64,000 nucleotides of DNA from Octopus sinensis (GCF_006345805.1 NC_042999.1:49228001-49292000), one strand, 5' to 3'. Positions 39,811 through 52,310 are shown, counted from the stretch's first letter. Made by a program: numbers and translations. Notes: generated from the sequence alone by a model not told the origin.

Positions 39811-41267
39811 ATCACTTTCCCTGTCAGCACTACAGCATGGGACCAGAGGTAGGACTTGATTATCTGTCCATCTTGGATTCGTAAACCCTTCTCTCCCATT
39901 TGTTTCCTCATCTTTAGCTCGGATATCAGGTTCCTCCGGCGAATTCTCTCTCTTAGTGAGTATTCCTCGCGAAAACCCATATTGGGGTCCTCCCAGGCAT
40001 GCGTCTGAGCTCTGTTCAGCAAGACTTGAGCCTCCCGATCAGAAGAAAAGATTACCCTTATTGGGCGTGGTCTAGTATCTGCGGTTGGGTTCGCTTGGAA
40101 TCTTCCTAGCCGAGCGACCTTAAGAACACTGACATTTTCGTTCACAGAGAACAATTTTCCAACCAAAACGGAAACAAAATTAATGTCATCTTTTAGGCGG
40201 TTTATGCCTGTATCACAGGTGGATTCAGCCTTGCCATACATTATTGCCGATCTTGAGTGGGCAAAAAGTTCTCTACTATGAGCTGCGGTATTCGATTCTT
40301 CATTGGAGGATTTCGAAAGGGTGGTTTCATAGCCATCGGACTTATGTCGGCCTGTGGGGTCGATCGGAATGGATTTAGTGGTCATAATTTTCCCGCCTGG
40401 TTTGGAACTGCACTGCCTCTTCTTCGGTTTGGGGGAGCACCACTCCCCAGATGAACCCACATCGAGATCGTTCAGAATTGGTTGAGCAATGGCATTAATG
40501 GAAAGGACAAGTGAAGGAGAATCCAAACAGATTTTATCGTGATCAGGTTTCATAGCCAAATCTGCCCCTCTGGAGTTTTGACTACGTTTCTTCTTTTGGG
40601 GATAACAACGGTCTTCAGGTGGGTTTGAGTCTACGCTCCTCGAACTAGGTTGGGGAACCTCCGGGACCGAAAAGTCAGATGAGGAAGAATCCGCACAGGA
40701 ACGATCATGTGCAGGAACGACCGCCGGTTCCTTCGCCTTCTTTGGCCGCTTCGATTTTGTTCCCTTCGGTTTGGACGTCCCCAGGGAAGAAATCAAGGGT
40801 GACCCTGCATCAACAGGAGACCGTTTATCGTGGTCAGGTTTTATAGCTAAATCCGCCCCACTGGAGTTTTGACGACGTTTCTTCTTTTGGGGAGAACAAC
40901 GGTCTTCAGGTGGGTTTGAGTCTACGCTCCTCAAATTAGGTTGGGGATCCTCCGGGACCGAAAAGGCAGATGAGGAAGAATCCGCACGGGAACGATCATG
41001 TGCAGAAACGACCGCCGGTTCCTTCGCCTTCTTTGGCCGCCTCGATTTTGTTCCCTTCGGTTTGGACGTCTCCAGGGAAGAAATCAAGGGTGACTCTGCG
41101 TCAACAGGAGACTGTTTATTCAGTAAGAGAGCAACAACAGACTTTAGGTGCTCAACCTCTTGTTTGAGCAACAGCAACTGTTCGTTGAGCTGACTATTGG
41201 TAGGACCATCATCTTGATGAGAAGCCCTACTTGCAGATCTCAGTTTCGATGCGTAGGTAGCTGACAT
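39807..41267 (-). CDS. LINE ORF1 protein (486 aa, uninterrupted): N-terminal coiled-coil-like segment, basic low-complexity duplicated linker, C-terminal RNA-binding-type domain
   Basis: Open 486-codon frame directly upstream of the endonuclease/RT region. The C-terminal RLG..RPRPIRV.F..ER.RRR.L..EL..R...GE..L.I..G.I pattern is typical of CR1/L2-type ORF1. It has a 97-aa internal tandem duplication. Confidence 0.88.
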   Translation of the reverse strand: MSATYASKLRSASRASHQDDGPTNSQLNEQLLLLKQEVEHLKSVVALLLNKQSPVDAESPLISSLETSKPKGTKSRRPKKAKEPAVVSAHDRSRADSSSSAFSVPEDPQPNLRSVDSNPPEDRCSPQKKKRRQNSSGADLAIKPDHDKRSPVDAGSPLISSLGTSKPKGTKSKRPKKAKEPAVVPAHDRSCADSSSSDFSVPEVPQPSSRSVDSNPPEDRCYPQKKKRSQNSRGADLAMKPDHDKICLDSPSLVLSINAIAQPILNDLDVGSSGEWCSPKPKKRQCSSKPGGKIMTTKSIPIDPTGRHKSDGYETTLSKSSNEESNTAAHSRELFAHSRSAIMYGKAESTCDTGINRLKDDINFVSVLVGKLFSVNENVSVLKVARLGRFQANPTADTRPRPIRVIFSSDREAQVLLNRAQTHAWEDPNMGFREEYSLRERIRRRNLISELKMRKQMGEKGLRIQDGQIIKSYLWSHAVVLTGKVM

Positions 41268-42142
41268 GATGGATGGTTGACTAAAAACAATCTTCTATGG
41301 GCTCTAGGACAAATCGGGGTTAAATCAGGAACAAAAAACAGGTGCAATCCTTGTAGGAGTAGGCAACAGCAGACAAAAACTGAGAGAGTTTGGGCTGAGC
41401 CGAATCACAATCCAAGATTGAAAGCAGACGGTGCAACGAGTCGGGAACCCTTCCTAATTGCCTGAAGCAGCTTTAGGATAAGGGATAGTATGTCCAAACT
41501 TTAGAATATTGATATGCATGTAACATGTTCCACACGATTAAATATCATTTGACGTGCCATTTAGTACTTCAATAATTGCATCTGCGCATGTTTGTATATG
41601 TGTGAATACTGTGTTTATGTGCGAGAAGGCACATGTTTCTGTCTATTATTAAATTAGATTATTAATTTTTCTTTTTTTTCTCACGTTTTTCCCTTTTAAA
41701 GTATTTCTTTTTAAAGTAAATTATACGTTGGAGGGAGGGCTGGGGGTTTGTTTTTATAGTAAATTCTCTATAGTATTTGTCTATACGTATGCATATACTC
41801 ACACGCACACATATTCATGTATATCTACATCTACACACACACCCATATATATATATATATATTAAAATTATAAATTAGGGTATCTACAAGATGCCACCCA
41901 GCTGAAAATAGCAGCCATGATCTGACTCTAAAACCACCTTAATTGTCCATATATCAACACGGAGAGAAAACAAAGAGACAAGCTGAAACTAGTATCTCAA
42001 ATTTAGGTTAAATCAGTGTTTCTCAAAGGGGGAGGCCTATGGGATGGTTGGACAATTTGTTTTGAGAAAATTTGGTTTAAATGTTTGACAACTCAGCGCC
42101 GTCCATTGGACGGGGGACGTATTGCTCGTTTATTTATATATT

Positions 42143-42228
<86 letters not shown>

Positions 42229-43112
42229 TTATACGAATGTATGTATATACATAAAGATATGTATATAATTGAGAGGGAGGTGATGTCCGGCATTACCGTG
42301 AACAAATTTTTATACAGCGCACTATCAAACTGGCGCGGCTTTCTGTGCAAGTGTTTTCGACCGTTAGGGTATTAAAGTCCCATGCGACCACCGGCTTCTT
42401 AAGTATCGAACCACACAAGCCAGATTCCACTTGCTCATTTATCGCAAGTTGAAGAGTAAAAGATTTTGAAGAAAGTATTTATATGCAAATGTATCCAATC
42501 GGAATAGCAAAATTGAGTCATGTTTCAAGTGTTGAATAAGCCTATCTCGATGACTTTGAGTCGTACACAGTGTTTAATGCGGCGCCAGCTTTACATATCT
42601 ATGGAAAACTATCATGAATTGTGACAATGTTACGACTACACTGCATGCTATGATCCCTGAAAATTTAGGTTTTCCTGCAAGCAGATATCGGTAAACGTTC
42701 ATGTCATTTGATTTTAATTGAAACATTCATAATTGACCAAATTACGTCAATATGTGTGCTTAAACTGCTTTCAGGTGAATGAAACGATAACCGAGTTGCA
42801 GTCATTCTGGTGCAGTTTAATTGCTCGAATATCGAAAGCTTCACTACCTCTTATGCTGATTAGGCATTTTGTAATCTCTTACGCTTGGATACAGTCGCAT
42901 AGCCTCCGAGGTGTGACATGATGAAGCAGCTTCGAGTCTAATAAAGGCTGCACTCGTGTCGATATTAGTACCATCTTTGCGTCTAGTACAAAGATACCTA
43001 TGCATAGTCTTTTTTGATATGCTGAGCTTTTCAATTCCAGATCTACTTAGAGGCATGTGTTATGCTAACCCTGCTGTTTTACGGTTGTATCAGAGTTCGT
43101 CGCGTATTATAC

Positions 43113-43179
<67 letters not shown>

Positions 43180-44753
43180 ATGTATATATATATATATATA
43201 GTACCTGACGAACCATATATATATGTATAATACACGAAGGTATTAACTATTCAGAGACTAATATCAAAGGATTCCATGTGCTCTGGAGCAACATCATTGA
43301 TTTCTTTCAATATGAGAACAGCATGTTTTTACTTTAACTTAGGTAAAAAAAAAAAATATGTCTTGTTACTGAATGGCAGTTCAAAAAAACCCAGAAACCC
43401 TTTTTTTACCAACTGTAACTCATAATGTTTTTAAAGTTATTAATTTTTAAAAATATATTCTGCAGTCGTCTCTGTTCAATCAGTTACGTGTGGAGATAAA
43501 CGAGAGTTTTAGTGATGCTGAGCGACACGTTTACAGTATTTTCGATCGCACTCTTGGCAGATTTTTGCTGATTTTCAGCGTTTATAAGAAAATCGATTAG
43601 TTTCATAATAGTTTAGAACAGAATTGCTATCTTTGATTGCCAGGATATATGTAAACAGGCGCTTCCCCTCAAACACAGACTCGTATATGAGTAACTAGCT
43701 TTTGTAAGGTATCTGTTAATGGTGCTTATAGCTAAGTATTGAAAGAGTAATAAAATCTGTTCATTTGAGTACAGGTGTAATGGAATGTCTGTGAAAGCCG
43801 TTTGACAGTGCTTCTCGCCGAAAACTAATTTAAATTTTCTTCGTTCAGGAGATCTATTATATCTGAAGTGCTACAAAATCTTTAGTTACTCAGGTAACTA
43901 CCATCCTGGGGCAGCGCCGTCAGTTTGTATATGATGACTATATTGCAAATGGAGATACCGAAACTACATATTTATGAAACATTCTATATGTGTAATCGTT
44001 TTTCTTTTCTATTTCATTCAACAATTTAGTTGCTTAGATACGTTTCGAACTTGTGTTTGTGTTAGTGTTTGTGTGTGTGTGTGTTTGCGTGCGTGTGTGA
44101 GCGCCCACGTGTATATGTCAATCTCTGGATGTGTATGTGTGTGTGTGTGCATGTACGTGTGTGTGTGTGTACTTTTGCTAATCACTCCCATTTTAACTGA
44201 GTAACTAGCTTATTTTTATTGATTTTTTTCCTGCAAACTTCTTCATAATACGGAGTATCCTAGAATTTAATAGCTTGTCCGGCTACTAACGTATCTTAAC
44301 AAAGCTATTACTTTATCAGCCGAAAGAAAAAATGTTAAAAAGTTATATAATAGTTATAGCTTAAAGATACACTTAAGAATATTCGTTTTTACATAATAAG
44401 CATAAAAACGAAAACTTAAATAGTTTTTTTTCCTTGCAAGAAATAGCTAATCACAGATGAGATCAGTTCATGAACGAGATTAACAAGCTGACATATCATC
44501 AAACCACAACGGAGAGAAAACTAGAAACAAACATTAGCTCTTTCGCAAAATGTTATCGTTAAAATAAATGGTAAAATAAAACCCGAACTATAAAGATCAA
44601 ACCACGTAACGACTCTGTTGCTTGAATCTCTCAAATATGCAAGACAATTAAAAGAACAAAATTACATATTTAAAGGAAACTTTATGTATGTACAACGACA
44701 AAGAATTTGAGATATTCTCAATAATCGTGGAATACTATCCAACTGAACAGGTA

Positions 44754-45007
44754 TTGGGTTGGTGAAAAATTATTGCGGCTTTTTTTTTTTCAAAAAATTT
44801 TAATCAAGAAAAACAATAACAATATTTCACAAAAAAAACATCTTTAAATGATAATCTGACCGTCTGCCAAGCAAACGGGAAGAAGTAATTCAAGTAGATG
44901 GTGAATATGCTCCGGAATAACCATGTAAAGATATGTTTGCTATATGTTGTTATTTTTATTGAATAAAATTTGGTGATAAATGCCGCAATAATTATGCACC
45001 AAACCAA
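44754..45007 (+). mobile_element. Internally deleted mariner derivative (MITE) with Hsmar1/MADE1-like TIRs
   Basis: TA|TTGGGTTGGTGAAAAATTATTGCGGC ... GCCGCAATAATTATGCACCAAACCAA|TA. It retains the transposase C-terminus DRLPSKREEVIQVDGEYAPE*. Confidence 0.85.
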
Positions 45008-47044
45008 TATTTATGACGATGTAATTTTATATATGTGCGTGTAAGGTGTGTTTTGCGTACGTGTGCTTGTGTGTGTGTGTGTGTGCTTGCGTGTATGTCT
45101 GTGTGCACTAAAATTTTAATTTGGATTATCTACAAAGTAAATATTAGTATGCAAAATAAACACAGAACGTATTGGTATTTATGTATTTATACACGCATAC
45201 ACACAGACACATGCATATGTAATTTTATATACGCACGTATATATATGCGTGTGTGTGGGGTGTATGTTTGTATGTATGTATGCATGTACATATGTATGTA
45301 TGTATTATGTATGTATGTATGTATGTATGTATGTATGTATATATGTACATCTAACACGATGAGAAAGAACTTCGCGTAATCATTTACTTCTTGACATTTT
45401 TTCTCGTTTTTTTTATCGCCTTTCCTACTCTCTTTGCCTTTTACACCCTATTTCAAGAAAGAAAGATGCTGTCCAAAATGTCTTAACCAACACTTTGTCT
45501 CTCTTTAAGCATGAAAATAATAATTTAGATCACATGAACTTACAATGTCAATTTGGTTTCTTTTTTTCGCTTTCCATGGATGTACATACATGCATATATA
45601 CATATATACTTTATATATTTACACCTAACTACGAGCACCGGCGCTCACTTACGTACTGATATATGCGTGTGTGTGTGTGTGTATGTGTATGTGTGTGTGT
45701 GCTTCACAAATATCATTCTGAGTCACTGCCTAGCATCGTCCGGTGGTAAGCGGAGACTTATCACTGGCTTTATTGTACTTCAGTTTCCCCTCTATGTGAT
45801 AAAGCAACGCAGTTGGTCAAGCTGTTATCTTTTCAATTTTCTCTTGAGGCGTGAATTTTTAACGATATCTATATGCGCAGAAGCCTAAAAATGCTATGGT
45901 CCGCAGCGGAATTTGTTTTCTTCAAATTATTACAAAGTTCTATTTAAATAAAGGATTTCCGAAAACTTAACGCAGCTTATATTAACGTTAGATCCACCAT
46001 AAATATTTTCATCTGCACAGGTTGTTCTTGGATACGTCTTTGAGTAAGCGAGATAATCCCATCCAATTCAGTAAACTTAAGAGTGCGATTACTTTTGAGA
46101 ATTTCCAGATATTTCCCGATTCAATAGGTTTCAGTTTGTTTTGAATTCAGAAAATAGCGTCGGAAATTTCGTGGCGATAGTCATAGAATTGAATGTGTCT
46201 GGGAGAGCAAAATGACCCTACTTTCAAATTTTCATCCAAGAGAACGTTTACTCTAAGCGAGAATTATGTGAACCTATCTATCTATCCGTCTATCTATCTC
46301 TTTCTTTCTCGCCCCCTTTCTCTCTCTCTCTCTCTCTCTCTGCATACATATATACACATAGGTATGTATTATTTAATAAACACAGTATATGTATATATGT
46401 GCTACTATTACGTTCATGGGCTGAGAACATGCCAAACATTGTTTTATAGTACGTCTGGTGTCCCAACGCAATTTATCAGACGCTGCCCATGTGGAATAAC
46501 GAACTAAAAACAGGGCAAGGGAAAAAAAGCGAGATAAGGTGAGAAGGAAGTATATGTAAAAAGAGGAATGAGAAAAAATCAGAAAACGAAAAACTAATCA
46601 GACAGCAACAAAAGGGAATATGAGGTATTTCCCTTATACCGTAATTTATAAAACTGAAAAGATAGGATTTATGGTACTGCTCTTTAATTCGGTGTGGGGT
46701 TACATCCCAATACTTCCACAGGTACAATTTCCAAGGCTTCCACCACACCCACTCCGTTTCACGGACCACAAAAAGGGTTTTGTAGCATATTAGGAGGCCA
46801 GAGTAATTGATTCCGCGCAAAAAAAAAACGATTATTTTTCTTAGTGAAAATCGTCCGAGTGTTAATCTACAAATTTAACAACATTTTCCCATTCATTTCT
46901 GTTTATGAACATGTATGCATGCACAAAACATGCAATAGGTGTACGTACGTACATGTGTGTTCGTGTCTGTTGCCCATATATATTTATATTATATTATATT
47001 ATATTATATTATATTATATATAATATATATAATATATATATAAT

Positions 47045-47170
47045 ATAACCAATTTGAACGGATTTTGCCCAAATTTGATGTCGATATTACTTAGTTTGGT
47101 TTGAAATAAAGAACTTGATTAGCTTAATAATCGTAACTTAATCCCGGGCAAGGCCTGGTTATACTGCTAG
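47045..47170 (+). mobile_element. Helitron-type non-autonomous element 3' end
   Basis: A GC-rich hairpin-like cccgggcaaggcctgg lies about 10 nt before CTAG|T (47167-47171). The 5' end is not resolved. A weaker inverted relative lies near 26336-26365. Confidence 0.55.
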
Positions 47171-47178
47171 TATATATA

Positions 47179-47257
<79 letters not shown>

Positions 47258-49443
47258 CATAAATACACACACATACATATATATATATGTATATATATAT
47301 ACATATATATATCATAGTGTACATTTAAACACCAGAGAAAACTACGTTTAATAGGTAATTTTTACATGCTAGAAGAAGTAGTGAAAACGACCAAAACCAC
47401 ATTTTTAAGAGCAATTTTCGAAGGGGAACGAACAATAGAAACTTGTTATTTTTTACGGTCGTATATATATATATATATATATATAAGCATACACACAATC
47501 ACACAATATCAGATTTTTCTGGTGAGACAGCTAATAAGCTAAGCTCTGAATAAAATGATTTCAGTACGGTGTAAATATATCTACTTTGCTTTATATAAGT
47601 ATTGTCCATTCATGTAACAACCTTTATGGTATGTTAGCACATTTCCGTCATATTATATCAACTATTCTCGTCTCTCTGCAGATCATATTTAAAATCAACA
47701 GAACTACTGTAAGACATACGCGACACTGGTACATCGAAACATTTGTAAAAATTCAATAAGTCTACCAAGTTAAAAGATTACTAAATCCATTATCACACCC
47801 GTGTGTGGCTTAGTAACATCTATTTTTGACACGAAGAAGGAAATTGGTTTAGTTTTAAAACGGAGAGTAGCAATATCAACCTCGAAAAATAATCTACATT
47901 TCAACAGTTACAAAGCTTTTATTAATTCAAACACAAAATTCAGTAAATATCACTACCTTTGCCTGATATATAAGAAAATTATAGGAGACAGAAGAAATAA
48001 AATATATTTCTTTTAACAAATAAAAGAAGAATTTCGTAAATTTTCGAGTGACTCACAAATTAATAAGCTGCTCTTTAAACAGTCGTTAAGTTATTTCCAT
48101 TAGATGTAAAATGTGTAATTGAAGTGTCGTTTTTGCTGGGTTAATACATATCAATAGAATTTTATACGATCAGAAAATATACCTATTCGGTATTTATATA
48201 TTTATGTTGTTTTACTAATCAATGCTTTGAAATAGATTATGCTAATGACTAACTCTTTTCTATCTATAACATATATGCAAAAAGTTGTATAATTACACGT
48301 TTAATACCTGTTGGCTGCTGTGCGTAATTATACAACTGATGAGCAATTCAGTATAGCTGATACACTATGATACTTTATACATTAGCATATATATTGACTA
48401 TAATTTTTTGTATATCGGTTGATAATGGAAAAAAAATTAAAAGATATTGTAATGTTTTGTGCATTTTAAATAAGAGTATCAGTATTATTAATTATTCAAA
48501 TCAACATCTCATTAAGAAGTCTGTCAAAAGTGCTAATTAAAATACATGAAGTGGGGAAATATAACTTAAAATTATAGATATAGAATCCGTAACTTTGCTA
48601 TAATTTGAAAATGTTATTGGTATGTATAGAATCGATACGATCTATGTATCAATTAAACTTATGGCATCTAATTGGGGTAATTTAACGATATTTTATAGAG
48701 CTGTTCACCTTAAAATAACAAATCTGTAAACTCGCTCGTAAAATATACATCACAAGATCTTTAGAAAACATATAATAAAACAAAAGCATAAGCATTAACA
48801 TATCCAAGTAATCGTCGCTTATCTCTGGTTTCAAAACTTTTGAGAACATTTTGTAGTAGTGGTTAAAAAGATAATTTTTTGTAAAACTAGTTTATTGCAT
48901 CAAGACTTGTTGTTTTCCACACAACATCCATTTTACTGAGGGCTCTATAGTTGTTCTTCGCAGTAAATGTCATTACTTTGAAGTCTAACTTTCCCACTTT
49001 AGGCTATGTTTGTCTTTGTTTAAAATCTATACTTTTATTGTACGTATGATTTTGCTTCTCTTTTATACGAGATGTTATCAACTTTCTGCCTTTTGTCTTA
49101 TATCATATTGAATTTGGCCCATAATTTCCCCCCTATCATCTTAGCCTAAATAAATACCTTATCTAAATATCACATAGGCTACAGTGATCACATTAGTCTT
49201 CCTATTCTTCCCATATATGTAGCAAGTTGTCACCTTGAAATTCCCTTGAAATTCAATAGCTAGTCAGAACTTGATTTTGGGAGTTCACAGCATAGAGTTT
49301 TAATGATGAATGATTCATAATAAATACTCAATTTATTACGTAGAATGATTATATTTTTCTCTCCTGCTTTTAGTGAGAAATTAAAGAGGTGTAGATTGTA
49401 GTAATTTATAACGCAAGAACAGATCTGAAAATATTTCAATAAT

Positions 49444-49636
49444 TGTTGTGTGGACGCCCCCAGGACGATGAAGTAGGTATAGAGGGAGAAGCCTAGACGT
49501 CAAAGCAGACTAGGAGTAGAGAAGAGTAGAGAGTTGAGTAGTAGAGGTATCCGAACGTGCGACATAACAATGATATATTTAACACTAAAATAACCAAGCT
49601 CCATTCGAATGCTGCTGTCGTTATTTAACCCGTACA
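49444..49636. mobile_element. Probable solo LTR (about 193 bp)
   Basis: Discrete GC-richer, purine-skewed block with TGTTG...GTACA ends. Only a 3-nt flank match (AAT/AAT) is present, so the TSD is not convincing. Confidence 0.45.
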
Positions 49637-50752
49637 AATTAGACACCGATTTTCATTTCACCAAAATTCAATTTAGAATGTCGTGTGTAAAATACCAAAA
49701 AGAAAACTAAAAATTTTAAGCTACAATCAATACGCGAAACAATAATGCTACTATTTACCATAGACATGTGTATATCAGAAGATTTGTATACAAAAGTCTA
49801 ATGAATATACATAGTAATACACAATGTTTTGAGTATAAATAAAAGATAACTAAGTTCTAAAATGTTTAGCAACGAAAATGAAGCAATTTCCTATCGCTAA
49901 AGTACTTTTAGCAGTGACAAATTTACGTGAATTCGAGCTTAACAATTTGTGGAATGGAAGATAGATAACACCCCCACCAAAATTAAGTCGTTGCTGCTAA
50001 AACAAAACTGGCTTTGTTTGTAATGTTATAAACTCTCTATTTCGTCGCATTATATAAAAAATTTAATCATCATAGAATCTTATTTAGTACACAATAATGC
50101 ATCGCCTTTTTATTTCTTTGCTGAGGAAAGACAAAATAACAAGAGCATTAGCTTAAAACGGTTATCTTTTATGTGATATTTCAAAAAAAAAACACTGCTA
50201 GAATCTTGTGAATGAGGTACGTTTTTATATCATTATCGATAATATCAGAGTAAAGAACATTTTCTCATTCTTTGTACTTCCACCACTACATAGACAGATG
50301 CAACAGTTTAGATGATGGTGAAGTATGTTCCGTTCCAGATGACTGAAAGTTCACAATTCCTTACAGGATGTTATACATATATCACTCGCTTCCCAGTTAT
50401 ATCCAGAAGAGCAGGTGGGGTGGCTGTTATTCAACACCAGCTTTTGCGGAATGAGCTATACATCATACATCTCTATCGCATTAACTCAACATAATTGTAT
50501 TAAATTTCTCGTTGATTTCCAAGCAATGAACTAATAAATACATAAGTGGTGAGAAACTACTTGCGTCTACTGTGACAATATATAAAACACTGCAATTAAA
50601 CACGACACTGGACACGCCTATCAAGATTTAAGTTTGTTATATAAGGGTCCCCCAGACTGCTTGCAGAATTATTCGAACTTTCTGAAATTTACACAGAAAT
50701 ATTTCAACTATCCAGTTGCTTAAACGTGTCATTCGTTTTATTTTGCAAATAT

Positions 50753-50915
50753 AGGCGCAGGAGTGGCTGAGAGGTAAGTAGCTTGCTAACCAACCACATG
50801 GTTCCGGGTTTAGTCCCACTGCGTGGCATCTTGTGCGAGTGTCTTCTGCTATAGCCCCGGGCCGACCAAAGCCTTGTGAGTGGATTTGGTAGACGGAAAC
50901 TGAAAGAAGACTGTC

Positions 50916-50967
<52 letters not shown>

Positions 50968-51180
50968 ATGTTTGTGTGTCTGTGTTTGACCCTCTAGCAT
51001 TGCTTGACAACCGACGCTGGTGTGTTTACGCCCCCGTAACTTAGCGGTTCGGCAAAAGAGACCGATAGAATAAGTACTGGGCTTACAAAGAATACGTCCC
51101 GGGGTCGATTTGCTCGACTAAAGGTGATGCTCCAGCATGGCCGCAGTCAAATGACTGAAACAAGTTAAAGAGTAAAGAGT
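50753..51180 (+). mobile_element. SINE-B, full length
   Basis: Head aggcgcaggagtggctgagaggtaagtagc, internal (TA)n/(TG)n tract, tail aaagagtaaagagt. Confidence 0.92.
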
Positions 51181-51229
51181 ATACCTTATGTATATTTCTT
51201 TCTTTCTTTCTTTCTCTCTCTCTCTTTTT

Positions 51230-51402
51230 CGCGTTGTGTTCTTGAGCAAAACACTTCATTTCACGTTGCTCCAGTCCATCCAGCTGGCAAAAATGAGTAA
51301 CGCTGCGATGGACTGGCGTCCCGTCCAGCTGGGGAACACGTACGCCATAAAAACCGGGAAACCGGACCCATGACCCTGGCTAGGTTTTGAAAGGGCGCAT
51401 TA
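51230..51402 (+). mobile_element. 5'-truncated SINE (SINE-E-related tail)
   Basis: Core gtgttcttgagcaaaacacttcatttcacgttgctccagtcc. The tail ctggctaggttttgaaagggcgcat matches the 32296 end. Confidence 0.8.
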
Positions 51403-51409
51403 CATTTCT

Positions 51410-51705
51410 GGAGGCACATAGCCTAGTGGTTAGAGCAGCGGACTCGCGGTCGAGTGATTGCGGGTTCCAATCTCAGACCGGGTGATGCGTGTGTTTATGA
51501 GCTAAACACCTAAGCTCCACGCGGCTCCGGCAGAAGGTAATGGCGAACTTCTGCTGACTATCTCGCCACAACTTTCTCTCACTCCCTCCTACATCTTGCA
51601 GCTCACCCGCGACGGACCGGCGTTCCGTCCAGGCTGGGAACCTATACGCCAAGGAAACCGGGAAACCGGCCCTTATGAGCCAGGCATGGCTCGAGAAGGA
51701 ACAAA
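51410..51705 (+). mobile_element. SINE-E, full length
   Basis: tRNA-like head ggaggcacatagcctagtggttagagcagcggactcgcggtcg..gggttccaatc; homologous to 32296-32580. Confidence 0.85.
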
Positions 51706-51729
51706 TATCTGATTTTAACTGATTTGAAG

Positions 51730-52215
51730 TGTTATCATGTACATTGTTTTGTCTTGGTATAAAAGATGGACTGCAGCAAATATTCTGCTCAGTACCACAG
51801 ATTTGCTTGTCAGTTGTTTGACCATAACCATTTGAGCATTCCCTTAGTGGCTAACGATATGTGCACCTCTGATCACGAGCAGAAGTAGTGGGGGAGTATC
51901 ATAGCCATGTGTTGAGAGGGATTCTTTGGGGTTTGAATAATTCACCTCTGGAAACAAAAGTGTTTCGTTCAACATCCTTAAACAACCCTTATTCACGGAC
52001 CTTTGAGTGGTATAGGTTACTCGACCAGAAGACAATTCTAACTGGGCCCCACCTGCAAGGTCATGTGCTTTTTATCTAGATATGAGATCACCATGTCGCG
52101 CACATATGGTTATGATGCATGTGCCTTATCAGACAGGTATTCATGATGGGTATACTGGGCTTCGTATATTTTACCCCAGTATCACTTAGATGGCATGCAC
52201 TGCTCTCTCACTCAA

Positions 52216-52280
<65 letters not shown>

Positions 52281-52310
52281 TAATAATAATATAATAATAA
52301 TAATAATAAT
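51730..52310 (+). mobile_element. Interspersed retroposon 3' fragment ending in an (AAT)n tail
   Basis: A GC-richer non-coding block ends gcactgctctctcactcaagaataataat(n). The family is not identified. Confidence 0.55.

Larger units (their letters stand above)
36847..41483 (-). mobile_element. Near full-length CR1-group LINE (5' UTR, ORF1, ORF2, short 3' UTR, (TAAC)n tail)
   Basis: ORF1 at 41267-39807 and APE endonuclease plus RT at 39810-36939. The 3' hairpin CCATGT/ACATGG is at 36901-36918 and (GTTA)7 at 36847-36874. The 5' boundary is approximate; a possible short TSD is GATAGT. The element is markedly more GC-rich than its flanks. Confidence 0.95.

Noticed and set aside
43849-43893. 45-bp plus-strand segment with good splice sites (GDLLYLKCYKIFSYSG)
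   Set aside because: It is isolated, unrecognised and has no supporting neighbouring exons.
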